From a virus, in the IMG/VR virus record IMGVR_UViG_3300043313_001352, positions 32,001-96,000 of that record: a DNA stretch of 64,000 bases. One strand, written 5' to 3'. Positions 37,139 to 45,398 of this stretch are shown one piece after another (position 1 is the stretch's first letter; each line of letters begins with the position of its first letter). A model generated the notes under the pieces. It saw only the letters and a program-made list of their open reading frames with translations, did not search any database and had not been told where the DNA came from. Made by a program: the position numbers and the translations under genes.

Positions 37139-38920
37139 ATGAGCCAAGTCGGCGTGACCCCTCTCGTTGATGCACCAGCTGTCGTGACCTACGGACAGGT
37201 CAAGGGACGGTTCGTGCAGTACGTCGCCGACACCACCGACGTCGGCAACATCCCCGACGAGATCCCGCTCGAAGGCCGGGTCACCCTGACCCCGCTGACC
37301 TCGATCGTGCAGTTCCCGAGCACGGTGCCACCCCGGATGGCGGTGGCCTCCACGGTCCAGGCCGTGATCACCGCTGGTGACCTGAAGTCCGCCCAGGGCC
37401 AGGCGCTGTACGTGATCGCCACCGACCAGCCCGCTGGCATCCCCAACAAGGTGCAGTGGCGCGCGGCGTTCCAGCTCGCCGGGATCACCACCCAGCCCGC
37501 CCCGGTGGTCTTCGACGTGCCCGCCAACGGCGTGGTCGACCTGTCCTTGGTCGTCTCGGTGCCCGCCGCACCACCCGTGGTCACCGTGGTCAGCCACGTC
37601 GACGCCACCGCGGCTGCTGCCTCGGCTGCTGCTGCAGCCGCTTCCAAGACCGCCGCCGCCGCCTCCCAGACGGCCGCTGCTGGGTCGCAGACCGCTGCGG
37701 CTACCTCGGCCACCAACGCTGCCGCCTCAGAGACTGCCGCTGCCGGGAGCGCTGCGTCGGCGGCTGCATCCACGATGAACAACGGCTTCCCGGTGATCGC
37801 CACCAACATCACCCCGAACCCGGACTTCGGTGTGGACGGCTCGCAGTGGAGCGTCAGTAGCCTGGTGCTCGGCCGCAGCACTGTGTGGTCTGAGACTGGC
37901 GGCGCATCCGGCAAGGTCACCACCAATGCATCGCCGTCCACGGCCAGCATCTGGCCGTTCCCTACCGCGACACCCCGGTTCCTCGCCAACCCCGGTCAGT
38001 ACGTGCGGGTCATGTACCGCATCCGTTGCATCACCGCTGGCCGAGTCAGCGTCAAGAGCGTCAACTACGACACCGGGGGCAGCACCGGACCCGGCACCAT
38101 CAGTGGTGGCACCTACACGATGAACCCCGGTGACACGTTCACCACCGACGACATCCTCGGTCCGCTGCCCGCCAACACCGTGTCCTTCCAGCCGCGTCTC
38201 TACCTCTACGACCCGGCGATGGCCCCGCCGCTGGGTTCCACCGACTACCTCTACATCGACCGGCAGATGACCCTGCTCGGGGACAGCCCGCAAGCCGTCG
38301 CGCAGGCCGACTACTTCGACGGCACCGGACCGGCGACCAAGTGGACCGGCACCGTGCGCAAGTCCCCCTCGCAGCTGCTCAGCGAACGCGCCACAGACGG
38401 GGCCTTGGCGAACGCTGCCATCGTCGGCAACGGCTCCCCCGAAGCCAGGGTCGCCGCCCTGGTCGGCATGGAGTACATCGACCGGCTTGCCACCAACGGC
38501 GCGGTCAAGTGGATCAAGGCCACCGGCACCGGCGCGACAGGGTGGAAGGTGCTCTACGGCGATACTGGCGAGCGCATCGTGGACGCCTCCATGTTCCTGA
38601 ACGGATGGACCAGCAACGGCAACATCGCTGCGCTTCGGCTGCGGCGCATCGGCACCATGGTCACGCTGAACGGGACCGTTGACTCGACCGCAGCCACTGC
38701 AACCACCTTGTTCCAGTTGCCGGTCGGCTTCCGTCCCATCTCCTACAAGTACGGCCATCTGTGGGACACCGCAAAGGGACCGCTGGCTCGCCTGGAGATG
38801 CGGGAGACAGGTTCAGTCGTCCAGGCCGGACTGGTGACACCTGGACCGTCATCCCTCGTCTTCGACTTTCCGCCCTTCGCCACGAACGACGTCTGGCCCG
38901 CGACCTTGCCGGGAGTCTGA
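37139..38920 (+). CDS. minor tail / tail-fibre protein
   Basis: Ala-rich stalk, CBM-like NPDF domain, G-x-GSPE..V-x-A..G..Y-x-D...TNGA..WIK..GTG-x-TGW motif, LP-x-GFRP tip. Confidence 0.75.
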   Translation: MSQVGVTPLVDAPAVVTYGQVKGRFVQYVADTTDVGNIPDEIPLEGRVTLTPLTSIVQFPSTVPPRMAVASTVQAVITAGDLKSAQGQALYVIATDQPAGIPNKVQWRAAFQLAGITTQPAPVVFDVPANGVVDLSLVVSVPAAPPVVTVVSHVDATAAAASAAAAAASKTAAAASQTAAAGSQTAAATSATNAAASETAAAGSAASAAASTMNNGFPVIATNITPNPDFGVDGSQWSVSSLVLGRSTVWSETGGASGKVTTNASPSTASIWPFPTATPRFLANPGQYVRVMYRIRCITAGRVSVKSVNYDTGGSTGPGTISGGTYTMNPGDTFTTDDILGPLPANTVSFQPRLYLYDPAMAPPLGSTDYLYIDRQMTLLGDSPQAVAQADYFDGTGPATKWTGTVRKSPSQLLSERATDGALANAAIVGNGSPEARVAALVGMEYIDRLATNGAVKWIKATGTGATGWKVLYGDTGERIVDASMFLNGWTSNGNIAALRLRRIGTMVTLNGTVDSTAATATTLFQLPVGFRPISYKYGHLWDTAKGPLARLEMRETGSVVQAGLVTPGPSSLVFDFPPFATNDVWPATLPGV

Positions 38921-39117
38921 TCACACCGCCCGCATCGGGCAGTCCTTCGCGTGCCAGCCGTACTCACCGCAGTGCGTGCCGTCGGGGAACCTCGTCCCCG
39001 GACATGCCCGGACCTTGCGCAGATCCTCGCGCTCCTGTTCCTCCACGTACGCGGTCTCCGCTTCCTCGTCGCGGCGCCGGTACTCCTCGGCGAAGTCTGG
39101 GTCGTCGTAGTAGGAAC

Positions 39118-39588
39118 TCAGCTGGCTTCACCCGCGCTGGCACTGAGGTCGGTGAGCACCTCGTTGGCGAACTCCGCCATGTGCTCGTAGCGCTTCTTGA
39201 AGGATCGCCAGTCACGGCGCATCTGGCGCAGCATCAGCTCGCGCTGGATCGGGTCCGTGATGACCTCCTCGATCGGCTCGTACGCCGAGGTCGGGCTGCC
39301 GTCTTCTCCACGGGTGACCCAGAACGCCCGGAGGTCGGCGCGCTTGTTGCCGACGTCGGCCTTGTACTTCACGCGCAGCAGGTTCCCGGCCTGGTGCAGC
39401 CGCCACTTGTGCGCGGCCACGTCGTCACGCCAGTCGAACCGGTGGTGCAGTGGGTGGTCAGGATTCGAGGCTTCCTCGACCACGACCTCTGGGGTCAGCA
39501 GCCCGCGCTTGTCTCGGATCGCCAGCAGCACGTCACGCAGGTTCTCACCAGCGCTGGGCACTGGGGTCTCGTCGGTTCCGTTCGTCAT
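39118..39588 (-). CDS. accessory protein of the RAMP/GGY-NN locus
   Basis: LTPEVVVEEA-x-NPDHPLH..F-x-W-x-D..AA..WRL-x-QA..L; GGAGGG RBS; directly downstream of the array on the same strand. Confidence 0.8.
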   Translation of the reverse strand: MTNGTDETPVPSAGENLRDVLLAIRDKRGLLTPEVVVEEASNPDHPLHHRFDWRDDVAAHKWRLHQAGNLLRVKYKADVGNKRADLRAFWVTRGEDGSPTSAYEPIEEVITDPIQRELMLRQMRRDWRSFKKRYEHMAEFANEVLTDLSASAGEAS

Positions 39589-39620
39589 TGCGTCCCTCCC
39601 GTTTCAGGTTGGTGAATCGT

Positions 39621-42600
39621 ACCTCACCACACCCGTCTCGTCAGTAGCCGCGCCGGGCCACGCCGAGCCGTGCCCAACCATGCCTTGCCAATCCGCGCCT
39701 GCCGCACCTTGCCGCACCCACCTATCCATGCCGGTCCCAGCCTCACCACGCCTGCCTGGCCGCGCCACGGCGCGCCTTGCCCGGCCATGCCTTGCCAACC
39801 CCGCCTGCCTTGCCCGGCCGCGCCTAGCCTTTCCACACCGCGCCTGCCCCGCCATGCCGAACCTGGTCACGCCTCGCCCAGACGGGCCTGCCAAGCCCAG
39901 CCCAGCCAAACCTTGCCTTGCCGCACCTGGCTGTGCCACGCCTGCCTGGCCGCGCCACACCCAGTCGTGCCAGGTCCCGCCTAGCCATTCCCTGCCTGCC
40001 TCGCCGTGCCTGACCGCACCCCACCATGCCTAGCCCCACCGCGCCTGCCATGCCGTACCAGACCTTGCCGAGCCAACCGGGGCTGCCTTGCCAAGCCCAC
40101 CGCACCTAGCCCTCCGCGCTGCGCCTGTCCATGCCTAGCCCTGCCTGCCTCGCCATGCCGTACCGGACCCTGCCGGACCGGACCACTTCGGAACACACCT
40201 AGCCATGCCCTGCCGAGCCTGCCAAGCCACGCCCCACCGGACCCGACCACGCCTAACGCCACCTGGCCCCGTCAGTCCGTACCTAGCCACGCCTGCCTTG
40301 CCGTGCCGTGCCGGGCCTAACCCCACCCGACCATGCCTTGCCTGCCGCGCCGCGCCCACCCGGCCATGCCTAGCCCCAGGTCACCTCGCCCAGCCTGCCT
40401 CGCCCAACCCGGCCATGCCTAGCCCTGTACGCCGCGCCACGCCTGCCGGACCAAGCCGCGCCTGACCGAACCAAGCCCCGCCGAGCCCACCTCGCCTGCC
40501 GGACCTGGCCGTGCCTGGCCTAGCCGCGCCCATCCATGCCCCGCCTGCCAAGACCCGCCGTGCCGTGCCATCGGTACCGAGCCCTACCAAACCACGCCTG
40601 CCGCGCCGTGCCAGACCGCTGCCGTGCCGACCACGCCTAACCTTGCCCCGCCTGCCGTGCCATGCCCAGTCGCACCCTGCCGCGATCGCCATGCCCAGCC
40701 GTGCCGTTCCTGCCATGCCGGACCTCGCCCTCCCGGCCATGTCGTGCCCTGCCCCGCCTGCCCTGCCGAGACTGGCCGAGCCGTGCCATGCCTTGCTCAC
40801 CTGGCCGTGCCGAGCCCGGACCCGCCTGCCTTGCCATGCCGGGCCGAGCCGTGCCTACCTGACCTAGCCCTGCCTGCCCAGCCACAGCTTGCCGTGCCTT
40901 GCCATCCGCGCCTCGCCTGCCGCACCCCACCTAGCCTGACCGAGTCATGCCCCGCCTGCCTCGCCTTGCCAGGACATGCCTTGCCACACCGCGGTGCACC
41001 AACGCCTCGCCTGCCAAGCCTTGCCTTGCCGTGTGCTGCCAAGCCGGGCCTGGACATGCCCACACGTGCCCTGCCGACCCGAACCACACCGAGCCATGCC
41101 TGCCGCGCCACGCCTTGCCTTGCCATGTCAACCGGGCCTGGCCCTGCCGCCCGCGCCTTGCCACGCCTGCCCGACCACACCACGCCTTGACCTACCCACG
41201 ATGCCCCGCCTGCCGGGCCTAGCCCTGCCTTGCCAGACGATCCTGGCCGCGCCTGCCCTGCCTTGAGCGCCTTGCCTCGACCCGCCGTGCCAGGACTGCC
41301 GGACCGTACCGTGCCCAGCCTCGCCACGCCGTACCTAGCCGCACCTGCCGGACCGTGCCTTGCCCAGCCACTCCATCCGTACCTAGCCTGCCGAGCCGTG
41401 CCTTGTCACGCCACGTCCCGCCCGGACTCGCCCCACCGAGCCATGCCTGCCCAGCCGAACCACTCCTAGCCTGGCCATACCCTGCGCTGCCTGCCGTACC
41501 GAGCCACGCCGTACCGCGGAAGCCACGCCGATGCCTTGCCCCGCCTGCCGAGCCGTTCCTGGCCATGTCCCGCCGCGCCGTGTGCTGCCCCGCCTAGCCC
41601 CGCCTGCCGCGCCATGCCTTGCCGACCTTGCCTCGCCCAACCGTGCCAGACCTGCCCCGCCGCACCTAGCTGCACCGCACCAAGACCCGCCTGCCGCGCC
41701 TGGCCGAACCTTGCCATCCTTGCCCTCCGCGCCGCACCGAGACACGCCTGCCCAGCCCCGTCGTGCCATGCCTGGCCGCGCCCCACCTGACCAAGCCTGC
41801 CGAGCCGGGCCGCACCATCCTCGCCATCCGGTGCCGTGCCCCGCCTTGCCTGCCGCGCCGCGCCCTGCCAAACCTAGCCAAGTCGTGCCCTGCCATGACG
41901 AGCCGTGCCGGACCTGCCGTACCTCGCCACGCCCAGCTCCGCCGAACCTCCCGAGCCCAGCCATGCCTGCCGAGCCGAGCCGCGCCCCGCTTCGCCCTGC
42001 CAGGCCCGACCTTGCCATGCCTGCCACACCCGGCCTTGCCACATACTGCCGCGCCCACCGATCCTGGCCGCGCCCAGCCATGCCTGCCCGGCCCCGCCGC
42101 ACCTCGCCATGCGCTGCGATACCACGCCACGCCCTCCGCGCCTGCCTGGCTCAGCCACACCGTCCCGTGCCACGTATCCCAGACCACGCCATGCCTGCCT
42201 CACCTAGCCCTGCCAAGCCCGGCCAATCCTGGACGTGCCGGACCGAGCCAAGCCTGCCGGACCACGACGTCCATGCCCTGCCGCTGCCATGTGATGCCCT
42301 CCGCACCGAGCCACGCCTGCCTGACCGCACCAGACCCGGCCGCACCCTGCCTAGACCACCGCGCCATGCCTGCCGTGCCGAGCCAGCCCTTGCCTCGTGA
42401 AGCCCAGCCCCGCCTCGCCGTGCCCAGCCAATCCGCGCCTGCCCCACCGATCCAAGCCCTGCCTTGCCTAGGCAAACCACGCCTGCCTGGCCTAGCCGGA
42501 CCAAGCCGAACCCCGCCTATCCCCGACCCGCCTGCCGGACCGCACCTTGCCGTCCGCGCCGCGCCCAACGATGCCCAGCCACGCCTGCCGAACCGTGCCA

Positions 42601-43622
42601 CGCCGTACGCCCCAAGCCGGACCCAACCTGCCCCGCCTCGCCTAGCCCAGTCTCGCCATGCCCAGCCTGGCCGTGCCCCGTTCACCGCGCCTGCCGAGCC
42701 TCGCCCCACCGACCTAGCCAACCCAGACCTAGCCTGCCGCGCCTCGCCCAGACAAACCATCCTCGCCGGACCGCCCGCACCTCGCTGCGCCAAGCCTGCC
42801 GCGCCACGTCATGCCACAGCTCGCCGCCCGTACCAAGCCTCGCCTGCCCCACCTCACCTAGCCAGGACGCGCCGGACAGCACCACGCCTCGCCACACCTT
42901 GCCTGCCGGGCCGCACCGAACGATGCCGAAAGCCACCAAGCCCAATCATCCGAGCCGCACCACGCCTGCCTTGCCCGGCCGGACCGGACCGCGCCGTACC
43001 CGCCCCTGACAAACCCTGCCTAGCCCTGCCAGCTCCCTGCCATGCCTGGCCTGCCAGACCACGCCCCTCCGAACCTGGCCACACCATGCCCTGCCTCGCC
43101 TGCCGTGCCCGACCCTGCCAACGACGCCTAGCCCTGACACACCATGCCCTGCCTGCCACGCCGTGCCCAACCAAGCCCGGCCGGTCCCTGCGATGCCTTG
43201 CCATGCCAAGCCTGCCGTGACCCGCCTTGCCACGCCCCGCTTGCCCCGACGCACCTGGCCTTGCCTAGCCTGCCGAACCTAGCCGAGCCACACCATGCGT
43301 AGCCCCGCCGGACCAACCCGAGCCCCGCCCTGCCTGCCGCGCCTGGCCGTTCCCAGCCCACCAAGCCACACCGTCCCGGCCAAGCCTGGCCGTGCCAAGC
43401 CTGCCCAACCGCGCCTGGCCAGACCAAGCCAAGCCGTGCCATCCGCGCCTTGCCGACCACTCCGTGCCGCGCCCCGCCTGCCGGGCCTGGACTCGCCGTG
43501 CCATGCCTAGACCTGCCTGCCATGCCGCGACGACCGGGCCAAGAATCCCATGCCCCGCCCCGCCTAGCCTGCCCCGCCGAGCGATGCCCTGCCGCGCCTA
43601 GCGTTGCCATCCCGTGCCTGCC
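39621..43622 (-). repeat. ~4-kb GGY-NN pentamer array, about 70-75 unique units delimited by GGCAGGC; putative guide-RNA array
   Basis: 5-nt periodicity of GGC/GGT plus a variable dinucleotide, reset every ~40-65 nt by GGC-A-GGC; ORFs in all frames are low-complexity. Confidence 0.95.
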
Positions 43623-43635
43623 GTGTCCGGACGTG

Positions 43636-43678
43636 GGACGAGGCAGGACGCACCCCCCAGTGGCGCCCTGCCTCGTCC
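43636..43678 (-). other. strong hairpin between the RAMP gene and the array
   Basis: 12-bp perfect stem GGACGAGGCAGG / CCTGCCTCGTCC. Confidence 0.8.
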
Positions 43679-43693
43679 GGCTCTGAGCTGAGG

Positions 43694-44377
43694 TTACTTG
43701 ACCTCGACCGAGCGCGTCGGGTCGATCATGAAGGTGCCCATGTCGCCCTTCTTCTCCGGGCGCCACTCACCGACGCCGACACCCAGGCCACCGGCCTCGA
43801 TCAGCGAGAGCACGCTCTCGCGGGTCAGCATCGACTTCACGTACGTCACCTCCAGCACCGTCGACCACTCGGTGAACTGCGGCCGGTAGCGCAGGTCGGT
43901 GCCGCCGTTGCCGACGCGCACGACGTCCTCGCGCATGATCGGCTCGCCCTCGATCCGGACCATCATCTGGCCCTCGGTCTTGGACATCTCGCCGGAGAAG
44001 AACAACGTCTGCCGGAGGCTGACCATGGTCACGCTCTTGTCGAAGAACCTCGCAGCGCTGACGGTCGCGGCCTTGAACGCGATCGAGGGGAACCCGTAGC
44101 CGCCGTCGTCCATCTTGTAGGCCGCGGCCTCGTAGTCGCCCTCGGGGTCCTTGGGCGCCTTCGGGCTCTTGCGGCCCTGCATCGCATCCAACATCTGCCT
44201 CTTCGCCTTCTCGCTGAACTTGTGCATGATCAACGGCGCGGAGCCGACGATCGGGATCAGCAGCGTCTCGGTGCCGATCCGGGAGATCTCGATCGCCGGT
44301 GCGCTCTCGTCCTCGGCGGGAGGAGGAGTCGCTGCGGTCTTCTTGGCTGCGGTCTTCTTGGCAGGCTTCGTGGCCAT
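43694..44377 (-). CDS. stand-alone Cas7/RAMP-like RNA-binding protein
   Basis: IVG-x-APLIMH strand, GFPSIAFKAA..SAA (compare RAMP IP-x-S-x-(L/F)KG), RP-x-F..W, and C-terminal Gly-rich loop GGLGVGVGEWRP...G-x-F. Confidence 0.75.
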   Translation of the reverse strand: MATKPAKKTAAKKTAATPPPAEDESAPAIEISRIGTETLLIPIVGSAPLIMHKFSEKAKRQMLDAMQGRKSPKAPKDPEGDYEAAAYKMDDGGYGFPSIAFKAATVSAARFFDKSVTMVSLRQTLFFSGEMSKTEGQMMVRIEGEPIMREDVVRVGNGGTDLRYRPQFTEWSTVLEVTYVKSMLTRESVLSLIEAGGLGVGVGEWRPEKKGDMGTFMIDPTRSVEVK

Positions 44378-44402
44378 GTGTCGTTCCGTCCTTGAGGTTG
44401 TG

Positions 44403-44442
44403 TTCCCCACCTTGGGGAATCAGGTGACGGCAACGTAGCACA
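44403..44442 (-). promoter_or_regulatory. putative promoter for the RAMP-array unit
   Basis: Minus strand TGTGC-TACGTT resembles the early promoter TGTGC-TAAACT at 15398; downstream hairpin TTCCCCA-3nt-TGGGGAA. Confidence 0.5.
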
Positions 44443-44471
44443 GGGACCTAGACCATGGTGTGGAGACTCGC

Positions 44472-45398
44472 TCAAGACCAATACGAGTACGTGACTCTCA
44501 AAAGGAAGTTCCCAGCCGGTGAGTCCACCGAGTAGCCGAAGTAGCCGGGGTTGGTGCTCGGCCCCGGCCCGAGAGTGATCCCGCAGAACGAGCTGTACGT
44601 GATGACGGTGGCCGCCCAGCTGGTGATGTCGACCTCGAAGTAGGAGGAGTAGGTCAGATCCTTGCGGGTGCGGTTGGGCACGGTGTCCGCGGTGTTCCAG
44701 CTGCTGGGCTTGGTGGTCTGGTTGTAGAAGTCGCCGACCACCGCGACCCCACCGGCCTTGTCCGACCAGTACGCCCAGCCCGCGTTGCAGTCGAAGATCA
44801 CCTTGGAGACCACCGCACCGGCAGGGAAGGAGGGGTTGAAGTACAGCAGCGACTTCCGGTTGCCGTGCGTACCGGAGTAGTAGCCCTGGTGCACGGCACC
44901 GTCGTGCCCGGTGCCGCTGATCTTGTTGCCCGCACCGTTGTACGCCTGCGTCCAACCGACCGGAAAGTTCACGGTCGTGGTCTTCTGGGTCTGCACCGTG
45001 ACCATCGCAGTCTCCGCGGACGAGGAGGATGCGTGCGTGGTCGAGCCGGTGAACTTGGCGTAGAACTTGGTGGAGGCGACCGGTGACGTGCTGATGGTGG
45101 CAGTGCCGCCACCCGGCGGTGCTGCCGCGGTGGCGAACTTCACCCAGGTGCTGGAGGAGCTGAAGTAGTAGAACTCGATGTTGCCGCCGTTGCGCCCAGT
45201 GGTGCTGGCCGTCAGCGTGAACGAGGAACCCTTGTGTATCGAGGTGGCTGACTTGGTGCACGTGGTCGTCGTCGAGATCAGGCCGCTGCTCCCACCGTCC
45301 TTGATCGACTCGTAGGTCGGTGCCTGCCAGTCACCCGGTGCGAACCGCCACACCGCCCCGTCCCAGACCCGGATCGTGCCGGGTGCATAGCTGGTCAT
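44472..45398 (-). CDS. minor tail protein
   Basis: VWDGAVW N-terminus, Ig-like Thr-rich domain, QGYYS...GN..S motif. Confidence 0.7.
   Translation of the reverse strand: MTSYAPGTIRVWDGAVWRFAPGDWQAPTYESIKDGGSSGLISTTTTCTKSATSIHKGSSFTLTASTTGRNGGNIEFYYFSSSSTWVKFATAAAPPGGGTATISTSPVASTKFYAKFTGSTTHASSSSAETAMVTVQTQKTTTVNFPVGWTQAYNGAGNKISGTGHDGAVHQGYYSGTHGNRKSLLYFNPSFPAGAVVSKVIFDCNAGWAYWSDKAGGVAVVGDFYNQTTKPSSWNTADTVPNRTRKDLTYSSYFEVDITSWAATVITYSSFCGITLGPGPSTNPGYFGYSVDSPAGNFLLRVTYSYWS

Noticed and set aside
39621-43622. Classical CRISPR array or simple microsatellite
   Set aside because: No 25-45-nt identical repeats with spacers; variation is confined mainly to two of every five positions with regular punctuation, unlike slippage repeats.
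39197-43766. Many long overlapping ORFs (up to 485 aa) across the pentamer array
   Set aside because: Pro/Arg/Ala/Cys/Gly low-complexity products in all frames arise from stop-poor GGY-NN repeats; no RBS or codon bias.
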